Part shown: piece after piece, positions 55,961 through 64,000 of the stretch
Layout: each line of letters opens with the position of its first letter
How positions within the stretch are numbered: the stretch's first letter is position 1
Source: Candidatus Amunia macphersoniae
Lineage (GTDB): Bacteria; Chloroflexota; Dormibacteria; Aeolococcales; Aeolococcaceae
Assembly: GCA_016464795.1 (NCBI GenBank)
Contig: JAEKNN010000025.1
Coordinates: 13,548 to 77,547, forward strand
Reading direction: 5' to 3'
Length of the DNA stretch: 64,000 nt
Program-made: the position numbers and the translations under genes
Notes under the pieces: generated by a model
Told to the model about the DNA's origin: nothing
Databases searched by the model: none
What the model saw: only the letters and a program-made list of their open reading frames with translations

Positions 55961-58181
55961 GCTCGACCGCATCGCCACCACTCTGGGGGCTGAATGCGAT
56001 CCCGATGACACGCTCACCGACATCCTGCCTGCACTGCGCGCCCAGCACCCCGTGCCGCTGGTGGTGACCCGTGACGACGTCATCCAGGGGACCGTCGGGC
56101 TCGAGGTGGTGGTGGATGCTTTCGGAGGCGATCTAGCAGCTGTGCTCGTCGGCGCGGTGATGCGACCGGCTCCCTTGTTCGACGTGGGCGAGTCGGTCGA
56201 GGAAGGTGTGAGGGCGATGCGCAAGGCCGGTGCCGCTGCGGTCATCGTGACCGAGAGCGCGGGCGGGTTGTTCTCGCGCCAGCGCGAGAGCCATCCGGTG
56301 GGCATGGTCACCGACGCGCAGGTTCTGGCCACCATCGGCAAGAACGTCACCGACAAGGCGCCGATGAAGATCCTCGCCGGCCACCGCGACCTCGGCTTCA
56401 ATGTGCCCGTGTCGCCGTGTCAGCGCAACTGCCCGATCAAGCAGGACATCGCGACCTACGTCGACTACGTCTCCCAGGGGCGGTATGTCGACTCGTGGAC
56501 GGTGATCCACGAGACCAACCCCTTCCCCAGCATGCTCGGCCGGCTCTGCAACCACCCGTGTGAGACCGATTGCAAGCGGGGCTGGGATCCAGGTGAGGAG
56601 CCGGTGACGATCCGGTCCATCAAGCGCTTCAGCACGGACTTTGCTTTCCAACAGAACCTCTGGATCGACTACAAGATCGCTCCCTCCAACGGCCACCGCG
56701 TCGCCGTGGTGGGCGCAGGCCCTGCCGGCCTCACCTGCGCGCTCGACCTGCGCGTCCAGGGCTATGACGTGGTTCTGTACGAGCGCGAGGCGAAGGTTGG
56801 GGGCTTGCTGAGCACATCGATCCCGCCCTTCCGCTTCGATCACCGCCAGCTGCAGTGGGAGTTGGACATGATCCTCGCCACCGGGATCGACGTGCGCACC
56901 AACGCCAACGTCGGCGAGGGCGAGCGCGACATCCACGTCAGCGATCTCGTCGCCGAGTACGACGCCGTCTTCGTGTCGATCGGAATGATGAAAGGCCGCA
57001 TATTGCCCATCCCGGGGCACGATCTCCCCCAGGTGACCGACGCCATGACCTTTCTCCGCCAGATCTCCTACGACAGGACCCCCGAGCACTTCCCGATCGG
57101 CGGCCGGGTGGTGGTCGTCGGCGGCGGTGCCATCGCCACCGATGCCTGTCAGAGCTCGATCAAGCTGGGTGCCAAGGAGGTCTGGATGGTGGCCATCGAG
57201 CCGGAGGACCGCCTTCCCGCCTTCGGCAACGAGCTCCACGAGGCCAAGGAGATCGGTCTCAACATCAAGTGCGGGGTCATCGTCAAGGAGGTCGAGGCCG
57301 ACGACCAGGGACAGCTCGCGGCGGTGGCCTTCGCGCCACTTCAACCCATGGAGTTCGACCCGCTGAGCGGCAAGCTGATCTTTGCCTCGGTCAAGGAGGT
57401 GGAAGGGGCTGAGCGCTGGACGGTGGGCGCCGACCTCGTCGTCTTCGCCTCGGGCCAGATCATGGAGGCTCCTGGCGACCCGGTGCCGCTGACCCAGCGT
57501 GGGCTGGTCGCCGCTGACCGGGCCGGCCATACCGGCGTGGACAAGCTGTTCTGCGGGGGTGACTGCGTCCAGGGTCCGTCCTTCATCGTCGACGCGGTCG
57601 GCTGGGGCCACCGGGTGGCGCGCTCCATCCGTGAGTCGCTTGGTGACGCCAGCGCGCCGGGCGAGCGCATCTACCAGACCATCGTGGAGCGCACCGACGA
57701 CCACCGCCAGTCTGAGGTGTTCGCCCGGACCGAGCCGGCCATCCTCGAGGCTGCCAAGCGGTACGACATGAGCGAGTGTGAGTTGCCGTGGAGCGATCGC
57801 GAGGCCATCGTCCAGTCGATCCGCTGCTTCCAGTGCGACTCGGTGCACCACTACGACACCGCGGTCTGCGTGCTCTGTGGTGCCTGCGACGACGTCTGCC
57901 CGGAGAAGGCGATCGACGTGGTGGTGTTCGGCGAGGACCGCGAACGGTCGTCGGGCGGCGAGACCATGGTGTGCCGGACCTCGGGCGGCGACCCTCTTTC
58001 CGGTGGGTACGAGGGGGAGATCTACATCAACTACGACCGCTGCACCAACTGCAGGATCTGCGAGGACCACTGCCCGGTGAACTGCATCACGTTTGAGCGC
58101 GTGCGCTTCGTCGACGACACCATGCGGGTGGTGGAGAAACCACGAATCACCGTCGATCTTCCGCTGGTCGCGGTGCACTGA
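55953..58181 (+). CDS. Fusion protein: CBS pair + GltD-like NAD(P)H-dependent FAD/[4Fe-4S] oxidoreductase + 2x[4Fe-4S] ferredoxin domain
   Basis: CQRNCPIKQDI...LCNHPCETDC (GltD-type clusters), VAVVGAGPAGLTCA, VVVVGGGAIATD, CGGDCV, and C-terminal CVLCGACDDVCP and CTNCRICEDHCP. It overlaps the upstream CBS gene by 8 nt. Confidence 0.8.
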   Translation: MPELDRIATTLGAECDPDDTLTDILPALRAQHPVPLVVTRDDVIQGTVGLEVVVDAFGGDLAAVLVGAVMRPAPLFDVGESVEEGVRAMRKAGAAAVIVTESAGGLFSRQRESHPVGMVTDAQVLATIGKNVTDKAPMKILAGHRDLGFNVPVSPCQRNCPIKQDIATYVDYVSQGRYVDSWTVIHETNPFPSMLGRLCNHPCETDCKRGWDPGEEPVTIRSIKRFSTDFAFQQNLWIDYKIAPSNGHRVAVVGAGPAGLTCALDLRVQGYDVVLYEREAKVGGLLSTSIPPFRFDHRQLQWELDMILATGIDVRTNANVGEGERDIHVSDLVAEYDAVFVSIGMMKGRILPIPGHDLPQVTDAMTFLRQISYDRTPEHFPIGGRVVVVGGGAIATDACQSSIKLGAKEVWMVAIEPEDRLPAFGNELHEAKEIGLNIKCGVIVKEVEADDQGQLAAVAFAPLQPMEFDPLSGKLIFASVKEVEGAERWTVGADLVVFASGQIMEAPGDPVPLTQRGLVAADRAGHTGVDKLFCGGDCVQGPSFIVDAVGWGHRVARSIRESLGDASAPGERIYQTIVERTDDHRQSEVFARTEPAILEAAKRYDMSECELPWSDREAIVQSIRCFQCDSVHHYDTAVCVLCGACDDVCPEKAIDVVVFGEDRERSSGGETMVCRTSGGDPLSGGYEGEIYINYDRCTNCRICEDHCPVNCITFERVRFVDDTMRVVEKPRITVDLPLVAVH

Positions 58182-58240
58182 TCGCGCCCACCGCCGCGGG
58201 CGTCAGGGGCGCCTCCGGTCCACGCGACGAGGAGCCGTCG

Positions 58241-58708
58241 ATGCGCCGCGCCATGGCGCTGGCGCGTGCCGCGGGCCGCCGGGGTGAGGTGCCGGTGGGA
58301 GCCGTCGCCGTCCGGCACAATCAGGTGATCGCCGCGGCATCGAACCGCATCGAGCGGTCGCGAGATGCGACCGCCCACGCGGAGATGCTGGTCTTGCGCC
58401 GGGCCGCGGCCGTGGTGGGCGGCTGGCGCCTGAGCGGCGTGACCGTGGTGGTGACGCTGGAGCCGTGCCCGATGTGTGCCGGCGCGATGGTGCAGGCTCG
58501 CGTCGACCGCTGCGTCTACGGGGCGCGCGACCCCAAGAAGGGAGCCGACGGCAGTGTGTACGACGTGTTGCGCAACCACGCCAACAACCACCGGGTCGAC
58601 GTCACCGATGGCGTCCTGGGCGCACAGTGCGGGCTATTGCTCAGCGATTTCTTCGCGGCCAGGCGACGCGCAATCCGCCAGCGCGACATGAGCGCAGACG
58701 CCCGGTAG
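58241..58708 (+). CDS. tadA: tRNA-specific adenosine deaminase
   Basis: HAEMLVLR and PCPMCAGA zinc-binding motifs, size 155 aa. Confidence 0.88.
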   Translation: MRRAMALARAAGRRGEVPVGAVAVRHNQVIAAASNRIERSRDATAHAEMLVLRRAAAVVGGWRLSGVTVVVTLEPCPMCAGAMVQARVDRCVYGARDPKKGADGSVYDVLRNHANNHRVDVTDGVLGAQCGLLLSDFFAARRRAIRQRDMSADAR

Positions 58709-58869
58709 CGGAGCTGCAGGGCAGCGATCGTCCCGGATCGCCATGTTGCTTTGTGACGACGCGTCCTCGGGATGTCATCGCTGTGTGACGAGGCCAGCGG
58801 CCCGCGTGCTGTGGCCACTCCGCTGGGGGAGGATCGTGCCCTATACCCACGGCGCATGCGAGGGAGCAG

Positions 58870-61200
58870 GTGAGGAACCCCCGATGGATGGCCGCGGCCG
58901 CGGCAGTTGTCGTGGTCATGGCGGCGTTGACGGTCGTCATGCTCAACGCGTCCGCGTCCATCACCGTGCCCGTCGACGACCTTGCCGAGCTGATGGCGCC
59001 GATCATCGCCGCTGCTGCCTGCTGGGTCACCGCCTCGCGACACCTGGGACGAGCGCGTGCCGGCTGGATCCTCATCGGTGCCAGCGCCGCCACCTGGGGC
59101 GCCGGCCAGGGAGCCTGGTGCTGGCTGGAGCTGGTGGTGCACAAGGACAACCCGTTCCCGTCGCCTGCCGACATCGGCTTCGTGGCCGCAGTGCCCGTGC
59201 TTCTCCTGGGACTGTTTGCCCTGCCGGTGTGGCCGGCCGGACCCGGCGCCAAGCTCAGGGCTTTCACGGACGGGCTGCTGACCGCGGGCGGACTGCTCTT
59301 GATCAGCTGGCACACGGTGCTGGCGGCAATCGTGGCAAGCCCGTCCGACACTGTGCTCGCCCAGGGGCTCAGTCTCTTCTATCCCGTCGCGGACGCCATC
59401 GTGGTGACTGTGCTGATCGTCATGTGGTCGCGCGCGGCCCGCGAGTCGAGGACGGCAATCCTGCTGGTGGTTCTGGGCCTCGGCCTGATCGCCGTCTCCG
59501 ACAGCACTTTCGCGTATCAGCAGGCTCAGGCCAGCTTTGGCTCGGGCAGCATCATCGACCTCGGCTGGGTCGCCGGCTACCTGGTGGTCGGCCTGGCCGC
59601 GTTGCACGCGCTCGAACGCCCGATTCGGCGGAACCGAGCGCTGCCGCCGCGCCGGCGCACGGCCGCCCTGCCCTACCTCCCAGTCCCTGTCGCTTTCGCC
59701 TTCGCGATCCACGAGAGCGTCGTGGATGGACGCGTCAGCCTCTTCACGCTCTGCATCGGCGGGGCCCTGTTCCTGCTGGTGCTGCTTCGTCAGGCCCTCG
59801 CCGTGCACGAGAACATGGGCCTGATACAGCGCCTTGCGGTCAACGAGACGGAGTTGCACCACCGCGCCGAGCACGACCCCCTCACCGACCTCGCCAACCG
59901 TGCAACCTTCATCAGGCGGGTTGACGAGTGGCTGTCCGGCGCGGCCTCGGCCAGGTCTGCGGCGGTGATGTTCGTCGACCTCGACGATTTCAAGCAGGTC
60001 AACGACAGCCTCGGCCACTCGGTGGGAGACCAGGCGATCAGGGACGTGGGCCGGCGCCTGCTCTCATGCATGCGTGACGGCGATCTGGTGGCCCGGCTGG
60101 GCGGCGACGAGTTCGCCATCTTCCTCACCGGACTGCCCAACGTGACCCAGCTGGTGACCGTCGCGGAACGACTCATCGAGGCGCTGAACCAGCCGTTCCA
60201 CAGCTCCGACATGCGTGCATCGGTGTGCGGCACCATCGGCATCGCCATCGCTGAGCCGGGTGATGACTCGGGCGAGCTGCTGCGTCGCGCGGACATCGCC
60301 ATGTATGCCGCCAAAGCTCGTGGCAAGGGTCTGTTCGGCATCTTCGAGCCGAGCATGCACGTGGCCATGTACGCGCCACTGGAGCGCCGCGCCGCTCTGG
60401 TCCAGGCCATCGAGGCCAAGGAGTTCGTGCTCTATTTCCAGCCGGTCGTCGACGTGGCCACTCGCGCCCTGGTGGGCATGGAGGCGCTGATCCGTTGGAA
60501 TCGGCCGCGGCATGGTGTGCTGCCTCCGATCGAGTTCATCAGCGACATCGAGGGCGCGGGCCTGATGGTGGAGGTGGGCAGCTGGGTGGTTCGCGAAGCA
60601 TGCCGTCAGGCGATGCAGATCCGCCGGGCGACGGGACGCGAGCTGTTCGTCAGCGTCAATGTCAGCAGCTCGCAGATGCAGCACGGCGATTTCCTCGAGG
60701 TGGTGAGCGATGCCTTGTCCGAGAGCGGATTGCCGCCGCAGGCACTGGTCGCCGAGCTGACCGAGAGCGGCAGCATGGGCGAGAGTGAGCTGATCGCAGC
60801 GCAGCTCCGGCAGCTGCGCGACCTCGGGGTACGCATCGCCATCGACGACTTCGGCAGCGGCTACTCGTCGTTCGCGTATCTGCGCCGGCTGCGCGTGGAC
60901 ATCCTCAAGATCGAGAAGTCCTTCGTGGACGACCTGCTGGCGGGCGGCCCCACCGGCGCGCTGATCGAGGGCATGGTTCGCCTTGGCGGAACCCTGGGGC
61001 TCCTGACCGTCGCCGAGGGTGTGGAGGACGAGGCCCAGCACGCGGCACTGGTCAACCTGGGTTGTCAGCTCGCACAGGGTTACCTGCACGCCCGGCCGAT
61101 GCCGATCGACCAGCTGCTGATTGCGGCGCATGCGTGGCCGTCCATCGAGGATGGAGCGGGGACGATGCCCGATGGGATCGAGGTGGCGGCCGCCGGGTGA
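58870..61200 (+). CDS. Membrane-bound diguanylate cyclase/phosphodiesterase (multi-TM sensor + GGDEF + EAL)
   Basis: ~8 N-terminal TM helices, RLGGDEFAIFL, EALIRW and DDFGSGYSS. Confidence 0.9.
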   Translation: MRNPRWMAAAAAVVVVMAALTVVMLNASASITVPVDDLAELMAPIIAAAACWVTASRHLGRARAGWILIGASAATWGAGQGAWCWLELVVHKDNPFPSPADIGFVAAVPVLLLGLFALPVWPAGPGAKLRAFTDGLLTAGGLLLISWHTVLAAIVASPSDTVLAQGLSLFYPVADAIVVTVLIVMWSRAARESRTAILLVVLGLGLIAVSDSTFAYQQAQASFGSGSIIDLGWVAGYLVVGLAALHALERPIRRNRALPPRRRTAALPYLPVPVAFAFAIHESVVDGRVSLFTLCIGGALFLLVLLRQALAVHENMGLIQRLAVNETELHHRAEHDPLTDLANRATFIRRVDEWLSGAASARSAAVMFVDLDDFKQVNDSLGHSVGDQAIRDVGRRLLSCMRDGDLVARLGGDEFAIFLTGLPNVTQLVTVAERLIEALNQPFHSSDMRASVCGTIGIAIAEPGDDSGELLRRADIAMYAAKARGKGLFGIFEPSMHVAMYAPLERRAALVQAIEAKEFVLYFQPVVDVATRALVGMEALIRWNRPRHGVLPPIEFISDIEGAGLMVEVGSWVVREACRQAMQIRRATGRELFVSVNVSSSQMQHGDFLEVVSDALSESGLPPQALVAELTESGSMGESELIAAQLRQLRDLGVRIAIDDFGSGYSSFAYLRRLRVDILKIEKSFVDDLLAGGPTGALIEGMVRLGGTLGLLTVAEGVEDEAQHAALVNLGCQLAQGYLHARPMPIDQLLIAAHAWPSIEDGAGTMPDGIEVAAAG

Positions 61201-61244
61201 GCAGTTCCGCAGCCGTGCCGCCGGAGCGGTGATAGGCTGCCGGG

Positions 61245-61709
61245 ATGGCTGACGACAAGACAGTCCATCTCACCGCGGGGGGACGTGCCAAGCTCGAGGA
61301 TGAGCTCCGCGACCTCGTCGAGAACCGCCGCCAGGTGATCGTCAAGCGGGTGGCGACCGCTCGCGAGGAGGGGGACCTCAGCGAGAACTTCGCGTATCAC
61401 GACGCCCGTCGGGAGTTGGGCCTCCTCGACGGTCGGGTCCAGACCCTCCAGGCCATGCTCCGGCACGCCCAGGTCATGGAGACCACAGTTGGCGACGTGG
61501 TCGGCCTCGGCTCCACGGTCACTGTCGGTGACGAGTTCGGCGACTCGACCTATGTGATCGTCGGGCCGGTGGAGGCCGACGTTGCCGGAGGAAGGATCTC
61601 GATGGTGTCACCCCTGGGGGCGGCGCTGATGGGCCGCACAGTGGGTGACGAGGTGAGCTTCAGCTCCCCGGGAGGGACCCGCACGGCCACCATAGTGTCG
61701 GTCAGCTGA
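61245..61709 (+). CDS. greA: Transcription elongation factor GreA
   Basis: LTAGGRAKLEDELRDL...REEGDLSENFAYHDARRELG... and a C-terminal FKBP-like domain. 154 aa. Confidence 0.9.
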   Translation: MADDKTVHLTAGGRAKLEDELRDLVENRRQVIVKRVATAREEGDLSENFAYHDARRELGLLDGRVQTLQAMLRHAQVMETTVGDVVGLGSTVTVGDEFGDSTYVIVGPVEADVAGGRISMVSPLGAALMGRTVGDEVSFSSPGGTRTATIVSVS

Positions 61710-61720
61710 GAACCGGGCTG

Positions 61721-62665
61721 GTGATCACCAGGGGTGTGCCGATGGCGCTCGCGTTGGCCATGCTCACCGCCGCCGCGTGTGGCTCGGGCTCGTCGAGCTC
61801 AGCCAACGCACCGTCCGTTTCAACTCCATCTCCGGCCATCGGAGTGATGGCCACCGCGACCGTGAACTACTGTGTCGATGGCGGCAAGCAGCTCTCCCTG
61901 GACATGTACGAACCGCGGGACGGAGGGGCGCCACACCCGCTGCTCATCTTCGTGCATGGCGGGTCGTGGGCCTTCGGCAGCTCGAGCCTGGGTGAGCAGA
62001 GCCAGCTGGTCCAGGGGGTCATCCACGGCGTCCTGGGGCACGGTTTCGCGGTGGCGTCCCTGAACTACCGCCTCGCCCCTGGTGATCAGTGGCCGGCCCA
62101 GATCATCGATGTCCGCTGTGCGATTCGCTACCTGCGCGCGACGTCCGCGCATTGGAACGTGGATCCTCACCGGTTCGCGGCCATGGGCAACAGCGCCGGC
62201 GCTCAGTTGGTGAGCCTGGCCGCGCTGTCCGACGGACAGGTGCCGCAGTGGAACACCTCAGAGTACTCGGGGCAGTCCGGCGCCGTGGCGGCTGTCGTCG
62301 ACTGCTGGGGGCCGATCGACCTCACCGCCGCCGGGTGGAGCAAGACGGCCGTGCAGATCGGCCAGATCGTGTTCCGGATCAGCCTCGGCACCCAGGCCGA
62401 CACGCTCAGCGTGGCCTCACCGGTCAGCTATGTCCATGCGGGTGAGCCGCCATTCCTGATCATCCAGGGAACCTCGGACCAGCTCGTCCCACCCACCCAG
62501 TCGAGCGAGCTTCGCGACCGCCTGGTGGCGGCGGGCGACGTAGCGACGCTGGTGGACGTCAGCAATGCGGCCCACGAGCTCCGACCCGCCGGAGGCGTGA
62601 TCAGCCCGACCGTCAACGCTCTGACCACGCAGACGGTGGCCTTCCTGGTCGCGGCGGTGGGCTGA
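61721..62665 (+). CDS. Secreted alpha/beta hydrolase (esterase/lipase), probable lipoprotein
   Basis: Lipobox LTAAAC, oxyanion FVHGGSW, nucleophile GNSAGAQL. Confidence 0.8.
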   Translation: MITRGVPMALALAMLTAAACGSGSSSSANAPSVSTPSPAIGVMATATVNYCVDGGKQLSLDMYEPRDGGAPHPLLIFVHGGSWAFGSSSLGEQSQLVQGVIHGVLGHGFAVASLNYRLAPGDQWPAQIIDVRCAIRYLRATSAHWNVDPHRFAAMGNSAGAQLVSLAALSDGQVPQWNTSEYSGQSGAVAAVVDCWGPIDLTAAGWSKTAVQIGQIVFRISLGTQADTLSVASPVSYVHAGEPPFLIIQGTSDQLVPPTQSSELRDRLVAAGDVATLVDVSNAAHELRPAGGVISPTVNALTTQTVAFLVAAVG

Positions 62666-62667
62666 GG

Positions 62668-63861
62668 GTGAGAGCAGCCCGCCCGCGCGTCGCGTGCCTG
62701 GCGGTGCTCGCCGTGGTGGCCTGCGGCTGCGGCTCATCGACACCGGCAAGACAAAGCCCCAGATCGACTGCACACACCAGCACGTCTGCCACCGCTCCGT
62801 CGGCCGCGCCGGCGACAGCGTCGGCGACCGCCTCTCCCGGGCCGCCGGCACCCCCCGGGCGGCCTGTCCCGGCGGGCTTCGTCCCAGCATCTGTGACCTT
62901 CACGTCGCTGCAGACGGGGTGGGTCCTCGGCAGTGCGAGCTGTGCGGTCGGGAGGTGCCTCGGGCTGCTTCGCACCAGTGATGGCGGACACGTGTGGAGC
63001 GCGATGCCAGCCCCGCCGACCTCGATGTCGACGGACCCCAACCCCGGCGGCCATGGGGTGCGCAGCGTGCGATTCGCCAACTCCCAGGACGGCTGGGTGT
63101 TCGGCCCCGACCTCTGGGCGACGCACGACGGCGGCGCCCATTGGTCGGCCGTCACGCTGCCGGGCGTCTCAGCCAGCGCGGCAGTCGTCGCGCTCGACGC
63201 GGCGGCCGGCAGCGCCACGGCGGCGGTGTTCGACGCGGCGGTTGAGATCGAAACCAGCGCGGTGGGCTCGGATTCGTGGCAGAAGTCCACGACCGCCGTG
63301 CCCTTCGGTGCGGGACCGGTCCCACGAGCTCAGCTGGTCGTCAGCGGCAGTGCCGGCTGGTTGGTGGAGGTGGATCGCGGTGTCGTGGGCGGAGCTCGGG
63401 TGGTCCATGGCGCGTGGACGGCGTGGACACCGCCGTGCGTGGGCGGGGGCGGAGACGCGGAGCTGGCCGCGGCAACGGGGACTGACCTTGTCGCGCTCTG
63501 CGATGAGGGGATCTTCAGCGGCAATGCGCCTCCGACAGTCGCCGCCTACGTTTCCAGCAACGGCGGCAACAGCTTCGCTCACGCCGGGGGGACTGTCCCG
63601 ATCAGCCCCGCGGCGGCCACGCGCGTGGCCCTCCCGATGCCGGGCAGGGTGGTGGTGGCTGCCGGTGGAGTGCTGATCGCCAGCAGCGATGGGGCCGGGT
63701 CGTGGACGGTGGTGTACCGCGGCAGTGGGACCTCTCGCCCAGAGGACCTCGGATTCACCAGCGTCGACCAGGGCGTGGTTATCGAGACCGATGGGGCGGC
63801 CGCAACCTTGCTGATGACGTTCGATGCGGGGCGCCACTGGGCGCCTGTGGCGTTCGGCTGA
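62668..63861 (+). CDS. BNR/Asp-box repeat beta-propeller lipoprotein (Ycf48-/sialidase-like fold)
   Basis: Lipobox VVAC. Repeated Asp-box-like motifs TSDGGHVWS, THDGGAHWS, SSNGGNSF, SSDGAGSWT and TFDAGRHWA. Confidence 0.7.
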   Translation: MRAARPRVACLAVLAVVACGCGSSTPARQSPRSTAHTSTSATAPSAAPATASATASPGPPAPPGRPVPAGFVPASVTFTSLQTGWVLGSASCAVGRCLGLLRTSDGGHVWSAMPAPPTSMSTDPNPGGHGVRSVRFANSQDGWVFGPDLWATHDGGAHWSAVTLPGVSASAAVVALDAAAGSATAAVFDAAVEIETSAVGSDSWQKSTTAVPFGAGPVPRAQLVVSGSAGWLVEVDRGVVGGARVVHGAWTAWTPPCVGGGGDAELAAATGTDLVALCDEGIFSGNAPPTVAAYVSSNGGNSFAHAGGTVPISPAAATRVALPMPGRVVVAAGGVLIASSDGAGSWTVVYRGSGTSRPEDLGFTSVDQGVVIETDGAAATLLMTFDAGRHWAPVAFG

Positions 63862-63939
63862 CGGAGCCAGCACACTTGCGTTGATCGGCTGGCGATGGTT
63901 GCCGGGGTGGGCGCGGCGACCGGATAGAGTCCCGAGCAC

Positions 63940-64000
63940 ATGAGCGAGAACGGAGCGGCTCGCGGCAAGCGCAACAGCGCGGTGATGACCGAGGGGCCCG
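63940..64000 (+). CDS. 5' end of a CDS running off the window (possibly dihydroxy-acid dehydratase-like)
   Basis: Opens ATG...MSENGAARGKRNSAVMTEGP. The NSAVMTEG pattern loosely resembles IlvD N-termini. Only 20 codons are visible. Confidence 0.3.
   Translation, partial: MSENGAARGKRNSAVMTEGP

Overview
High-GC (~70%) chromosomal segment from an Actinomycetota-like (Terrabacteria) genome, mostly core energy and nitrogen metabolism. It holds a complete 14-gene complex I operon (nuoA-N, 4147-19328), glutamate synthase gltBD (31128-37084, minus), succinate dehydrogenase sdhCAB (37230-40703), and mdh, nth, tadA and greA. It also holds a WS/DGAT acyltransferase, a GGDEF-EAL protein and several transporters and oxidoreductases. 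I found no rRNA, CRISPR array, intact IS element, transposase or integrase. Two tRNAs are present: Arg-TCT on the minus strand and His-GTG on the plus strand. The most unusual signal is a repeat family of ~135-145 bp nested-palindrome elements with at least four copies. Each has perfect 16-23 bp inverted arms, largely different between copies, closing a conserved ~95-100 nt core with its own covarying hairpin. Two inverted copies plus a 3 x 39 bp tandem array fill a 655-bp spacer between nuoD and nuoE, in an operon that is otherwise tightly coupled. Two more inverted copies, one with a 3 x 59 bp amplified arm, bracket an MFS transporter gene. Accessory or decayed regions are:
- a gene-fragment patch (20.6-21.3 kb);
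- a 5.6-kb integrase-less island between tRNA-Arg and a 49-nt copy of its 3' half, carrying a 1159-aa surface metzincin;
- a 2.2-kb HTH plus two-nucleotidyltransferase block bracketed by inverted copies of the mdh 3' end.
All calls rest on reading the sequence and ORF translations only. No database searches were run. Repeat coordinates are +/-1-2 nt.
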